Assembly: GCA_007128315.1 (NCBI GenBank)
Contig: SKXQ01000086.1
Location: forward strand, 13,086 to 77,085
Length of the DNA: 64,000 bases
Reading direction: 5' to 3'
Origin: Spirochaetaceae bacterium
GTDB taxonomy: Bacteria; Spirochaetota; Spirochaetia; DSM-27196; SKKC01
Shown here: piece after piece, positions 45,778-55,948 of the stretch
Numbering within the stretch: the stretch's first letter is position 1
Layout: each line of letters opens with the position of its first letter
Notes under the pieces: model-generated
Told to the model about the DNA's origin: nothing
Databases searched by the model: none
The model's input: only the letters and a program-made list of their open reading frames with translations
Made by a program: the position numbers and the translations under genes

Positions 45778-47141
45778 GTTTTACCCTCAATTGTTCGAGG
45801 CAGTTCAATGCGCACTACGGTGCAATCGTCATCCTGCTGCATGCAGACAGTCCCCTTGTGCAGATCAGTTATCGCCCGGACGATCGAAAGTCCGAGTCCA
45901 CTTCCGCGCGATCCCCGACTGTTTTCTCCGCGGTACAGGCGGTCGAATGCGTGAAATCGCGTTTCGCTGTCGACGAAACCCGAGTTGCGCACTTCGATAA
46001 CAACGCCGGGAAATCCGGATGTGATTGTCACGTCAATCCGTCCGCCGGGCTCCGCATACTTCACCGCGTTGTGTACAACATTCGATACGGCTCTATCCAG
46101 CAGATGATCGTCACCCTCGAACACACGGTCGTCCGCCTGGAAAGTGTACTCCAGACCCCGATCCTGTATCAGCGCCTCAAACCTGGCTGATAAGGCTTCC
46201 AGAAACACCTTTGCGTCAATAACATCAACCGACAGCTGCTGCTCGGGAGCTTCAAGCGAGTTCAGTTCGCGCAGATCGCTGATCAGTTCGTCGATGCGTT
46301 CTACTTCGGCAAATACAAGCTTCAGTCGTTCAGGGTTCGGGTCAATGACACCTTCGATCATGGCTTCAAACTGGGTTTTCAAGGCAGTCACCGGCGTCCG
46401 GAGATCATGTGCAACATCCTGCGCCCATTGCCGTCTCAGTCGCTCCTCTTTGAGAAGTTGTGACTGCAGATTATGCGCCGAGTCGGCGATAGTCCGGATC
46501 TCGTCCGCCTGACTTTCAGGAAAGTGAACATCGCGATTGCCTCTGGCAAGCTGCTCCAGTCCCGAGGCAACGGAGGCAGTTTTGGCCGTTATCCGTCGCG
46601 AAAGGTATCCTGCCACGACAGTGGCCAGACCGAAGGCTGCCAGAACAACGGCGACGAGTGTTCCCATCATGGAGAACAGGAACTGACGATTCGCCGGATC
46701 GCTTGTAAACCCCAGGGTACCGGCGCTGAGAAAGCCTATGATCTCGTCGGAGTGGATCAGTGCTGACGGTGGCCTGAAGCCGTCCAGACCAACATACGCT
46801 CCCGACTGGGTAACAGACACACCTACCGGATCGAGGATTTCTCCGTTTCGATACAGAAACACTGCGTCTCCGCCTTCGTCAAAGACATAGAGGTACTGGT
46901 TCTGCGTAAGAAAAGGTAAGAGGGCAGCTTCCAGCCCCTCCCGTTCAAGAGCTGCCTGCTGTCGAAAGGTACGGGACACAATGGGAAGCACGAGATTCTG
47001 AATGCGCTGATCACGGTAGAGGTTCCATTCCCCGACGCTGCGGCGGACACCAAGATAGAAAAACACCGCTGCAACCAGGGTCAGGACAAGGAGAGACGCT
47101 ATCATTGCTACGAATGTACGTGCGAAAAGCGAGCGCATCAT
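45774..47141 (-). CDS. Sensor histidine kinase (two TM segments, HAMP, HisKA, HATPase)
   Basis: H-box WAQDVAHDLRTPVTALK. ATP-lid GSRGSGLGLSIVRAI. 4-nt overlaps with the upstream response regulator and with treY downstream. Confidence 0.85.
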   Translation of the reverse strand: MMRSLFARTFVAMIASLLVLTLVAAVFFYLGVRRSVGEWNLYRDQRIQNLVLPIVSRTFRQQAALEREGLEAALLPFLTQNQYLYVFDEGGDAVFLYRNGEILDPVGVSVTQSGAYVGLDGFRPPSALIHSDEIIGFLSAGTLGFTSDPANRQFLFSMMGTLVAVVLAAFGLATVVAGYLSRRITAKTASVASGLEQLARGNRDVHFPESQADEIRTIADSAHNLQSQLLKEERLRRQWAQDVAHDLRTPVTALKTQFEAMIEGVIDPNPERLKLVFAEVERIDELISDLRELNSLEAPEQQLSVDVIDAKVFLEALSARFEALIQDRGLEYTFQADDRVFEGDDHLLDRAVSNVVHNAVKYAEPGGRIDVTITSGFPGVVIEVRNSGFVDSETRFHAFDRLYRGENSRGSRGSGLGLSIVRAITDLHKGTVCMQQDDDCTVVRIELPRTIEGKT

Positions 47142-47848
47142 GCTTCTCCATCGGCTTTCATTTCACCACAGAACCGGTATCCGTAGCCTCTGACCGTCTC
47201 AATCCAGTCGTCGTCCTTAAGCTTGTTGCGAATGTTCGCAATATGCGTATCTACCGTGCGCTCCGACCCGTCATGAAGATAATCAAGGCATTCTCCAAGG
47301 ATCGACCGCCGCGTGCGAACCGCCTCGTCGTACGATGCGAGATACGACAGGATCTTCCACTCACTCGCGGTCAGAGAAAGCTCATCACCATTGATAAATG
47401 CTCTGTGTCGCTTTCTGTCAAGCAGCAGCTCCGAGTCACCGAGTACCCAACGCGCGCTCAGACCCGTTTCTGAATCGTCGCCCTTGTTCGAGGTTCTTCT
47501 GATCAGTGCTTTCGCTCTGAGAACAAGTTCTTTCGCGGAAAACGGTTTAACAACGTAGTCGTCCGCGCCGATCTCAAAACCGGTGATCCGGTCACTCTCT
47601 GACTCCCGCGCAGTCAGAAACATTATTGGTATATCGCTGCTGCGCCGTATCTGTTTTGCAAGCACAAAACCATTTTCATCCGGAAGCATGACGTCGAGAA
47701 TGAGCAGATCGGGATTCTGAGTCTCAATCGCATCGGTGACCCCTGATGCCTGAGAAAACTCGACCACATCGGTGCCGTCGATCTGAAAATACTGACTGAC
47801 AGCTTCCCGTATGAGTTGATTATCTTCAACAATGAACACAAGCGCCAT
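47138..47848 (-). CDS. OmpR/PhoB-family response regulator
   Basis: Receiver domain (MALVFIVEDNQ...DLLILDVMLPDENGF) and winged helix (ETVRGYGYRF). ATG 47848 is preceded by GGAGG at a 4-nt spacing. The track start at 47938 is an upstream extension. Confidence 0.9.
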   Translation of the reverse strand: MALVFIVEDNQLIREAVSQYFQIDGTDVVEFSQASGVTDAIETQNPDLLILDVMLPDENGFVLAKQIRRSSDIPIMFLTARESESDRITGFEIGADDYVVKPFSAKELVLRAKALIRRTSNKGDDSETGLSARWVLGDSELLLDRKRHRAFINGDELSLTASEWKILSYLASYDEAVRTRRSILGECLDYLHDGSERTVDTHIANIRNKLKDDDWIETVRGYGYRFCGEMKADGEA

Positions 47849-47876
47849 ATAGCCTCCACGGCCATTGTCGTACCGG

Positions 47877-48833
47877 TCAGTAATATCGTATCTGCCGCTG
47901 CAGAGTGTTGTGATCTTCACCAACACGTTCGCCGTCACGTTCGGTCACGATTCGTTCCGTTCGATCGGTCCAGTTACCCTGAGCGTCGAATCTGTACTCA
48001 AAACTACGGATGACTTCGACGTTCTCCACCATATCGACTCTGTGTATTCGCTCTGGATAGTCGTTGTCGACGTACTGATATGTACGGGTCCGTCTGATAG
48101 CGCCGGTATCATCGCGCGTGGTGACCTGTCGGACCCGTCCATACCGGTCATACGCGTAGCTCAGGACCTCGGTGGTTGCATCGTTCTGATCGAAGTGCTC
48201 TTCCCGCACGAGACGTCCGAAAGGCGAATAATGCTCCTCAACACGCTTGACCAGTCCACCATCGGCAAAAATCAGGGTCCACGTTCGCAGAAGACCACCA
48301 TCTCTCCAGTCAAAACGGCGACTCCACTGCACTCGCCCCGCACCGTCGTACTGAATCTGTTCTTCGAGAACATCATTCCGATACTGCATGTTTCGCACGC
48401 CAGCTAGAAGTCCGGATCCGGTCTGTTCGGTGACCTGAACCCTCCGTCCCTGATCGTCGTAATCGTACTCATAGATCCATTCAAGATCACCACTCACGTT
48501 CCGCCCGCGCCATTGCACGAGCCTGTCGCTCTCGTCGTACGAGAACTCGGACCGCCACCGGAAACGTCCGTCACCGTAGGTCGTATGTGACAACGGTTTC
48601 CCGCTACGCGAAAACTCCATTGCCAGAACCGGAACAGGTTGCGCGTCATTGGTCACACGTAAAATGCGGATTGCCTCTACCTGTCCGTCGAAGTGGGCGA
48701 TATCAGGAGCGGGCAGCTCGTAATCGTCGATAAGCGACGGATACATCTGAGCGGCCGGAGACACGGAGAACAGCAGAAACAGACCAGGTATGACGATGTG
48801 TTTCTTCAAAATCGCAGGCATCGTTTTCAGCAT
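47877..48833 (-). CDS. Small secreted YD/Rhs-repeat protein without a recognisable toxin tip
   Basis: Signal peptide (KKHIVIPGLFLLFSVSPAAQ). Repeated YxYDxxGR units (YEYDYDDQGRRVQVT; YAYDRYGRVRQVTT; FSYDESDRLVQW; FEYRFDAQGNWTD). The start is ambiguous (48833 or 48821) because the upstream terminator T-tract abuts it. Confidence 0.6.
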   Translation of the reverse strand: MLKTMPAILKKHIVIPGLFLLFSVSPAAQMYPSLIDDYELPAPDIAHFDGQVEAIRILRVTNDAQPVPVLAMEFSRSGKPLSHTTYGDGRFRWRSEFSYDESDRLVQWRGRNVSGDLEWIYEYDYDDQGRRVQVTEQTGSGLLAGVRNMQYRNDVLEEQIQYDGAGRVQWSRRFDWRDGGLLRTWTLIFADGGLVKRVEEHYSPFGRLVREEHFDQNDATTEVLSYAYDRYGRVRQVTTRDDTGAIRRTRTYQYVDNDYPERIHRVDMVENVEVIRSFEYRFDAQGNWTDRTERIVTERDGERVGEDHNTLQRQIRYY

Positions 48834-48835
48834 AC

Positions 48836-48891
48836 ACAAAAAAAAGGCCGGTGTGCAGGAGCACCAGGTGCTCCGGCATGCAACCGGCCTT
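48836..48891 (-). terminator. Rho-independent terminator of sodA
   Basis: On the minus strand there is a GC-rich hairpin. The outer stem is AAGGCCGG/CCGGCCTT (48844-48851 with 48884-48891). The inner palindrome is GGAGCACC-A-GGTGCTCC. A run of eight T follows (A-run at 48838-48845 on the plus strand), about 30 nt after the sodA stop. Confidence 0.7.
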
Positions 48892-48920
48892 CGCGCAACT
48901 CCTGTTCGAGCAGGACTATC

Positions 48921-49526
48921 TTACTTTGCGGCTTTATACAGCTCGTTTACACGATCCCAGTTAATGCAACCGAAGAACGCATCGATGTATTCCGGCCGTC
49001 GATTCTGATATTTCAGGTAGTACGCATGCTCCCATACGTCGAGCCCGAGTACCGGTTTCTTTCCGTCCGTAACGGGGTTGTCCTGATTCGGGGTACTCAC
49101 AATTTCGAGCTTTCCGTCTGACACTACAAGCCATGCCCAGCCGCTGCCGAACCGTCCCGCGGCGGCAGTTGCGAACTGCTCCTTGAATTCCGCATACGAG
49201 CTGAATGCCGAATTGATCGCCTGAGCAATATCACCGCTCGGCTCACCACCGCCATTCGGAGCGAGAACGGTCCAGAACAGGCTGTGATTCAGGTGACCGC
49301 CACCGTTGTTCCGCACCGCGGTACGGATATTCTCCGGCAGCGATGCGTATTCGGCGACAAGCTTCTCGACAGGCCAGTCGGCATACTCAGTGCCTTCGAC
49401 CGCAGCGTTCAGTTTTGTTACGTAACCACCATGGTGCTTGTCGTGGTGAATACGCATCGTCTGCTCGTCGATATGCGGTTCGAGTGCGTTATACGCATAT
49501 GGTAGATCCGGTAAGCTAAATGACAT
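48921..49526 (-). CDS. sodA: Superoxide dismutase, Mn-type
   Basis: [49 protein letters not shown] (Gln in the Mn-type position) and [26 protein letters not shown] lies 6 nt upstream of the ATG. Confidence 0.9.
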   Translation of the reverse strand: MSFSLPDLPYAYNALEPHIDEQTMRIHHDKHHGGYVTKLNAAVEGTEYADWPVEKLVAEYASLPENIRTAVRNNGGGHLNHSLFWTVLAPNGGGEPSGDIAQAINSAFSSYAEFKEQFATAAAGRFGSGWAWLVVSDGKLEIVSTPNQDNPVTDGKKPVLGLDVWEHAYYLKYQNRRPEYIDAFFGCINWDRVNELYKAAK

Positions 49527-49614
49527 ATTTTGTCCTCCCTGGTACGAGTAATCTGTCTTTCAAGTCAGAAGATACTAAAAACTATTCGCTTTGTGCACAT
49601 TTGACGCGAAAAAC

Positions 49615-50931
49615 CTACATGCCAAGCGCTGCCTGGGCACGATCGAGCAGAGACAGAATGCCGGTGGACGCCCGAACCTCATTCTGTGAGAACACCGGTA
49701 CAGCAGCAAGCTCTTCTCCGTACAGACGGTAGACAATGCGACCGACAATCTGGCGTTCCCGGACCGGCGCGCGGATGTCAGAATCAAGCTGCAACTCTCC
49801 GGAGAGATGAGAAACGTCGGCTCGAGGCAGTATCATTTCCGGCGGAACGACGGATACCGGAACCGTCGGAACTTCCCCACCGCGAACTCGAACGGGTTCG
49901 AGCGAGGGATGGCCGGGTGTCAGGACATCGTAGGCGTCGTACGCATGATCAAGCAGTGCAATGGCATCGTCGGTACGCAATCTGCTGCCGATGCGTGCAT
50001 TCGGAGCATCTACACCAAGAACGACTGCAGCGACCCTCCGGCCGCCTCGTCGGGCCGACGCGGCAAGACTGTATCCGGCACTGTAGGTGAACCCGGTCTT
50101 GAGGCCGTCTGCATCCGGATACTCACGTATCAGAAGATTTCGGTTGTGGTGTGTGACGGAAACCGGATTCCATCGGCCAGCATAGTCCTCGACCGTCGGA
50201 AACACGAGCGTCGGTACGGTATGAAAACGGTCCGGCGCATCCGGAAACCGTCGGAGATACTGTGCGACGAAGCGTGCAAAATCTTCCGCGCCGGCACGGT
50301 TTCTTCGATCTATACCGGAAGGTTCGACGAAGGAATGCGTGGTAAGACCAAGCTCGTCCAGCACATCCTCCATCCGTCGGGCAAATGCGGGAACGGATCC
50401 GTCGATGTGATAGGCGAGTGCGGTTGCTGCGTCATTACCGGATGCGATTGAAAGGCCAAGAAGCAGTGTCTCTATTCTGACGCGTTGATCGACCCCGAGA
50501 AACAGGACGCTTGATCGCGCAGGCATCGCGTTCCAGAAGGCTTCAGGGACAGGCTCGATTCTGTCGTCCAGTGACACGGTCCCGTTTTCGACAAGATCAA
50601 GGACGACGTACATGGTTACGAGTTTCGTGAGCGACGCAAGCGAACGAATCTCTCCGCTCCCATGTGAGTACAGCACGATGCCGGTATCCACGTCTATCAG
50701 AACCGCCTCGCGCGCGTGCAGGCGCGGCACGTCGTGCTCAGCAGGCACAAATACGGGCGCGACGCCGAAGCTTTCGTCGGCAAATATGGACGCGGATTCA
50801 CTATCAGCAGCGAACCAGACCCGGGATATATCCATCTGTGCAAGGCCGATGACGATGAGGAGGATAACACCGGCCGACAGTGCCAGACTGCGCAGACGGA
50901 ACCTGGAATGTAAGACTGTGGTTGCGTGCAT
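49615..50931 (-). CDS. Serine-type D-Ala-D-Ala carboxypeptidase (PBP5/S11 family)
   Basis: SxxK (ASLTKLV), SxN (SGND) and KTG (LKTGFT) motifs. N-terminal membrane anchor/signal sequence. Confidence 0.85.
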   Translation of the reverse strand: MHATTVLHSRFRLRSLALSAGVILLIVIGLAQMDISRVWFAADSESASIFADESFGVAPVFVPAEHDVPRLHAREAVLIDVDTGIVLYSHGSGEIRSLASLTKLVTMYVVLDLVENGTVSLDDRIEPVPEAFWNAMPARSSVLFLGVDQRVRIETLLLGLSIASGNDAATALAYHIDGSVPAFARRMEDVLDELGLTTHSFVEPSGIDRRNRAGAEDFARFVAQYLRRFPDAPDRFHTVPTLVFPTVEDYAGRWNPVSVTHHNRNLLIREYPDADGLKTGFTYSAGYSLAASARRGGRRVAAVVLGVDAPNARIGSRLRTDDAIALLDHAYDAYDVLTPGHPSLEPVRVRGGEVPTVPVSVVPPEMILPRADVSHLSGELQLDSDIRAPVRERQIVGRIVYRLYGEELAAVPVFSQNEVRASTGILSLLDRAQAALGM

Positions 50932-51030
50932 AACCGCCGAACCCTACCACAGTTGCGGAAAAAGAATACATACGCATTTCGCGGGATGAGGCCATGGACG
51001 GCCAGGCACACGTTTCATTATTGTAGCGGG

Positions 51031-51966
51031 ATGAGTGAGACCATCATTGACGTATCCCACCTGTATAAAAGCTACGGTTCCTTCCGGGCAGTGTCGAACG
51101 TCAGCTTCAGAGTTCAGAAGTCGAGCTGTGTAGCTTTTCTTGGCCCCAATGGCGCGGGAAAAACAACGATCATGAAAACACTCTACGGGCGCGCCACACC
51201 AGATACACACAGCGACACAAGGATGCGGGTTTTCGACTTCGACCCCCGTACACACGAGCTGAACATCAAAGCACGGACCGGAGTGGTTCCACAGGAAGAC
51301 AACCTTGACGTCGAGCTCAACGTCGCTCAGAATCTGTCGATCTACGCGGCATTCTACGGTCTCTCGCGTTCGTTTACCGAACACCAGATTGACTATCTGC
51401 TCGAGTTTATGGAACTCGGCGACCGGAGAAAGGCAAAAGTCCGGGAACTGTCCGGTGGAATGAAACGCAGACTCATTATTGCACGTGCTCTTCTGAATAA
51501 CCCCGAACTCCTCATCCTCGATGAGCCTACAACGGGACTTGACCCGCAGGTTCGGCAGGTAATCTGGGATAAACTGCACGGTCTGAAAAAGAACGGAACA
51601 ACAATCCTTCTTACGACACACTATATGGACGAAGCCTATCAGCTGGCCGACGACGTCATAATTATGGACAAGGGTAAGTCTGTCATGGCAGGTACCCCTC
51701 GCGGTCTGCTTGAGGAGCACATGGAGTCGCATGTGTTTGAGCTTACCGCCCCTGAAATGGCCGATTCACTGGAATCGTCGCTCGCGCCTTCCGATCGGTG
51801 GAGGCGTGAAGACTCGAGCGCTCGCATCCTGTACTACTGCAGCAGCCAGGACACGCTGACGCGCATGACGAGCACCGTTCCGGCAGGCAGATATATCGTC
51901 AGACCAGTCAATCTTGAGGATCTCTTTATTCATGCAACAGGGAGACGACTGAATGAACTCCAGTAG
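51031..51966 (+). CDS. ABC transporter ATP-binding protein (ABC-2/NodI/DrrA-type exporter)
   Basis: Walker A GPNGAGKTT, signature LSGGMKRRL and Walker B LLILDEPTTGLD. Start placed at ATG 51031 (MSETIIDVSHLYKSYG). Confidence 0.9.
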   Translation: MSETIIDVSHLYKSYGSFRAVSNVSFRVQKSSCVAFLGPNGAGKTTIMKTLYGRATPDTHSDTRMRVFDFDPRTHELNIKARTGVVPQEDNLDVELNVAQNLSIYAAFYGLSRSFTEHQIDYLLEFMELGDRRKAKVRELSGGMKRRLIIARALLNNPELLILDEPTTGLDPQVRQVIWDKLHGLKKNGTTILLTTHYMDEAYQLADDVIIMDKGKSVMAGTPRGLLEEHMESHVFELTAPEMADSLESSLAPSDRWRREDSSARILYYCSSQDTLTRMTSTVPAGRYIVRPVNLEDLFIHATGRRLNELQ

Positions 51967-52810
51967 ATCACACATAGACGGACCCGAGCTCGAAGAGCAC
52001 GACGGTCGGAAACGATCATCAGCGTCCCGCGCTCACCGGCACCTGCCTCCGCGTTTCGTACACCGGGTGTACAGCGTCTGGCTGCGACACGTGCGAGTCT
52101 ACTCACGGAATCTGTTGAGCAACGCCCTCCCGCCTTTTCTTGAGCCACTGGTCTTTCTCGTGGGTATAGGGCTCGGGCTTGGTGAGTTTATCAGCGAAAT
52201 GGAGGGGCTTCCGTTCCTGCAGTATCTCGCAAGCGGGCTGCTCGTAACCGCGGCCATGTTCACCGCTGCGTTCGAATGTACCTTCGGTACCTTTATCCGG
52301 CTCGAGTTCGACAAGGTATATCAGGGAATGCTCGGCTCGCCGGTTACCGCAAACAACCTTATACTCGGCGAAATGCTCTGGGCCGGAACCAAAGGTTTTA
52401 CCTTTACGCTGAGTGTCACCCTGATCGTCGCGGCGTTCGGAATACTGTCGCCGCTTCGAATCCTCATCGCTCCCTTCATAGGTTTTCTGACCGGCCTGAT
52501 GTTCGCCTGCCTTTCTCTCCTGATCACCAGCTTCGTAAAGACGATCAACCACTTCAATTTTTACTTTTCGGCGTTCATCTCACCGATGTTTTTTTTCGGA
52601 GGCGTCGTCTTTCCGATCGAAAACCTTCCGGTGGTCACGCGACCGATCACGGAGGCGTTGCCACTTACCCATTCAGTGCGACTCGTGCGCGCATTCGCCT
52701 TTATGGATTTCGAGATGATACATCTCTGGGACCTCGCGTACATCGTGCTGTTCATTGGCATGGTCGGGAGTGCCGCGATGATCCGACTGAAACGACGGCT
52801 CATAGACTGA
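51953..52810 (+). CDS. ABC-2 type transporter permease
   Basis: About six hydrophobic helices. It overlaps the ATPase gene by 14 nt. The size and position are typical of NodJ/DrrB-type permeases. Confidence 0.8.
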   Translation: MNSSRSHIDGPELEEHDGRKRSSASRAHRHLPPRFVHRVYSVWLRHVRVYSRNLLSNALPPFLEPLVFLVGIGLGLGEFISEMEGLPFLQYLASGLLVTAAMFTAAFECTFGTFIRLEFDKVYQGMLGSPVTANNLILGEMLWAGTKGFTFTLSVTLIVAAFGILSPLRILIAPFIGFLTGLMFACLSLLITSFVKTINHFNFYFSAFISPMFFFGGVVFPIENLPVVTRPITEALPLTHSVRLVRAFAFMDFEMIHLWDLAYIVLFIGMVGSAAMIRLKRRLID

Positions 52811-52818
52811 ACAGCGGA

Positions 52819-55800
52819 TCACGTCAGACGCACGGTCCTGATCTCAAAAGGTTTAAAGGTCATCTTGAGTTGCCCGTTTCTGAGAGACAGTGTACCCGTT
52901 TGCGTCTCAAGAAGGTCGGTCTCCACGGCGTTTTGGTATGTGTCCGGAACACGAATTACGGCGGTATCCCGGCGACCAAGACACTCGTAGATTCGAAGAA
53001 CTGTTCCCTGAAGATCTTCAGCCGGCTTTGCGAGTTCAAGTTTTACGCTTTCTGACTCCACCCGGAAGTAGGACGCATGTGGCCGAGTCGGCACGGTTGT
53101 TCCGATATCGGCTACGAGTGCCGGTGCGTTCAGTTCATGCGCGCGTCTGACGACCGCCATCTGGTCCTGCCGTCCGGCGTGCGGATAATAGGCGTAGGTA
53201 AACTTATGCACACCCATATCGGCTCCGGGATCAGGGTCTTTCGGACTTCGCAGAAGCGTCAGCTCCATGAATCTTCCCTGTATCCTGTGGCCGTACTTGC
53301 AGTCGTTCAACAACGCCAGACCGGCGTCTTCCCGGCTGAGATCCGCATATCGGTGAGCGGCTACTTCGAAACGCGCCTCATCCCACGACGTGTTCATGTG
53401 CGTCGGCCGGTTAACCTGCCCGAACTGTATCTCGTAACGAGCGGTGTCCGCACGGATCGCTGTTTCGGCCCCGACGCGAAGCATGCGGTGTTCCTCGTTC
53501 CAGTCGACGACGCAGGACACATACACAACCGGGTTGCCAGCCTCGAGATAGATGGTCTGATCGATTGTTGATCTGCCGATTCTTGACTTCATACGAACCG
53601 ATGCGGAAAAGCCTGACTGCTCGGTGACCTGCATCGCCTCAAGTACGGCGAACTCAGGGACGGTCTCACGATAGTAGTGACTTACATCCCAGGCATCGTA
53701 CTTGTAGGGCAGGTCCTCCCAGAGGGTATAAACAGCGGCCGGACCGTGAAGATACTCCTGATCGAGGTCTTTCCGGTAAATCGACGTGATGCTGCCATCT
53801 TTCCCGATGGAGACTTTGACGAACTCGTTCTCGAGTTCGTCAGCCCCTGCGCAGACCGGTCCGTGTGCGCGAACGAGTCTATCGGCGGACGAATGATCGG
53901 GGTCTGACTTATTGTCGGTGATCGTGGTGTATCCACTTGCCGGTACAGGAACCCTTACCTGCACGCTGCCATCCGATCGCCGGACAACCGGACAGGGAGT
54001 TCCATCGCCCGTCATTATCGTCGGCAGGGACGGTCCGTCTTCACGAAATGTAAGCAGCACGACGCGATCCCACGACAGGGTATTGAACACAACTACTGGA
54101 CGGCCGGTCTCCAGAACTTCGGCTGAATCGAGGTCCCGGACATGCGCGTTTTTCCGGCCCAGAAGGCCCGCGAGAAGGCGATCACGTGTTTCCGTCAGCT
54201 CCGCAATTGCCGAGAACGACTCCCTGTGAGCATCGCGATACACCCAGTTGATCGATGATCCGGGAAGAATGTCGTGAAACTGGTTCAGGAGGGTCTGTTT
54301 CCAGATCCGGTCGCGTTCAGCGTTCCCTTCGTGTGCCGTACCAGTCAGGGTCACAAGCAGCTCCACATCGTGGAGCAGGTGCTCGATCCTGCGATTCAGT
54401 TTCTTCATCAGAGCCTGGGTCGTGTACGTACCCCGGTGAAACTCGAGATACAGTTCGCCGACCCATTCTGGCAGTGTATGCGCCGGGATCTCGCGCAGGG
54501 TCTGGAAGAACCGCTCTGCCGGTGCCATTTCCACACGGGGCATCCCCTCGGTATCGGAACCACGCCGTGCGCGTTCAATGTGCTTCCGCGACGGCCCTCC
54601 TCCTCCGTCGCCGATACCGTACAGATTCAGAAACCCGTCGAACTGCGGCGACTGATGAAAACGCTGCTCCGCCGCGATGAGTTTTGCCGGTTCATTCGAG
54701 AGGTTGTAATCGTTCGTTGGCAGGAAATGGCTGCGTATGGTCGTCCCGTCGATTCCCTCCCAGAGGAACGTATGATGCGGAAATACGTTTCGCTCGTTCC
54801 AGGAGATCTTCTGTGTCATGAAAATGTCGACTCCGGCCTTCCTGAGTATCTGTGGAAGAGCAGCGGAGTAACCGAACACATCCGGCAACCATAGATTACG
54901 TACATCCGTATCGAACTCGTCACGATAAAAACGCTTACCGTGTACGAGCTGCCGGACAAGCGACTCACCGGAGGGAATGTTCATGTCGGGTTCCACCCAC
55001 ATCGCGCCCTGCAGCTCCCATCGTCCCGCCTGTACTGCCTTTCGGACCTGTTCATACAAAGCGGGATAATCTTCTTTGACCCAGGAAAACAGCTGTGGCT
55101 GTGATGCACCGAACACGTAGTCGGGATATTCATCGAGCATGCGCAGGACAGTCGCGAAAGTACGCCCTCCCTTCCTCCGGGTTTCCCGGACCGGCCACAG
55201 CCACCCGAGATCGATGTGCGCGTGGCCTACCGACCAGGCAGTCGGTGCGCTTTCGACGGCGGAATGTCCGAGTAGTCTTGTGGTGATTGCACGGGCCTCC
55301 TCAAGCCCCTTTCCGCTGGCCCAGACATTCGCGACCTCGTTCAGTCCATGCAGAATCTTGCGCGCCCGTGTCGTCTGCTCAGGGATCGCTTCGGCGAGGC
55401 CGAACAGAAACTCGAGATCAAGATAGAGCTGCCACTGCTGCGCGTCAAATAACGCGATCTCGGCCTGTCTGAGCACGAATGGCTCGGGAGCGCGACGAAA
55501 TCCGACCAGACCGTTTGCCGCCGCCTCGACGAGGAGATCAACCCCTTCCCCTCCCCGAACCGTTCCCAGAGGTATCCGTCGCTTCACCTCGAGAACATCT
55601 TCGGTCCGTTTGTAGGTCAGTCCCATCCAGGGAACAGCATCCCGAAACACGCAACCCTCAGCTCCGACATCGACGAGCGCGACAGCGGTCTTACCAGCCC
55701 ACCCGGCGGGCACTGTCCCGTGAAACCTGAACCAGGCGCTGTCCCAGAGAGCGCCCCACTCCTGGCCTGTCTGTATCGGCGTGAACGCCCTGTCGTCAAG

Positions 55801-55932
55801 CTCGTGAATCGAAATCGGATCACGGCTGTGCACGAACGTCGCTTCAAGCGGACGATGGTCCCGATAATAGCCGGTCCGTATCCGTTCAATCAGTTGTTCG
55901 ACTCTCTGTTTCGTTATCGATGGCTGATACAC
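52819..55932 (-). CDS. GH38 alpha-mannosidase (cytoplasmic)
   Basis: GH38 metal-site motif VGHAHIDLGWLW. Large multidomain size and no signal peptide. Start moved to GTG 55932, 5 nt after GGAGG. The track start at 55995 would overlap parC by 47 nt. Confidence 0.85.
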   Translation of the reverse strand: MYQPSITKQRVEQLIERIRTGYYRDHRPLEATFVHSRDPISIHELDDRAFTPIQTGQEWGALWDSAWFRFHGTVPAGWAGKTAVALVDVGAEGCVFRDAVPWMGLTYKRTEDVLEVKRRIPLGTVRGGEGVDLLVEAAANGLVGFRRAPEPFVLRQAEIALFDAQQWQLYLDLEFLFGLAEAIPEQTTRARKILHGLNEVANVWASGKGLEEARAITTRLLGHSAVESAPTAWSVGHAHIDLGWLWPVRETRRKGGRTFATVLRMLDEYPDYVFGASQPQLFSWVKEDYPALYEQVRKAVQAGRWELQGAMWVEPDMNIPSGESLVRQLVHGKRFYRDEFDTDVRNLWLPDVFGYSAALPQILRKAGVDIFMTQKISWNERNVFPHHTFLWEGIDGTTIRSHFLPTNDYNLSNEPAKLIAAEQRFHQSPQFDGFLNLYGIGDGGGGPSRKHIERARRGSDTEGMPRVEMAPAERFFQTLREIPAHTLPEWVGELYLEFHRGTYTTQALMKKLNRRIEHLLHDVELLVTLTGTAHEGNAERDRIWKQTLLNQFHDILPGSSINWVYRDAHRESFSAIAELTETRDRLLAGLLGRKNAHVRDLDSAEVLETGRPVVVFNTLSWDRVVLLTFREDGPSLPTIMTGDGTPCPVVRRSDGSVQVRVPVPASGYTTITDNKSDPDHSSADRLVRAHGPVCAGADELENEFVKVSIGKDGSITSIYRKDLDQEYLHGPAAVYTLWEDLPYKYDAWDVSHYYRETVPEFAVLEAMQVTEQSGFSASVRMKSRIGRSTIDQTIYLEAGNPVVYVSCVVDWNEEHRMLRVGAETAIRADTARYEIQFGQVNRPTHMNTSWDEARFEVAAHRYADLSREDAGLALLNDCKYGHRIQGRFMELTLLRSPKDPDPGADMGVHKFTYAYYPHAGRQDQMAVVRRAHELNAPALVADIGTTVPTRPHASYFRVESESVKLELAKPAEDLQGTVLRIYECLGRRDTAVIRVPDTYQNAVETDLLETQTGTLSLRNGQLKMTFKPFEIRTVRLT

Positions 55933-55948
55933 CTGTTCCTCCGCTGGC

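Noticed and set aside
48846-48889. GC-rich palindrome as a possible operator or REP-like repeat
   Set aside because: On the minus strand it is followed directly by eight T residues and sits about 30 nt after the sodA stop. It is therefore best explained as an intrinsic terminator. No second copy was noticed in the window.
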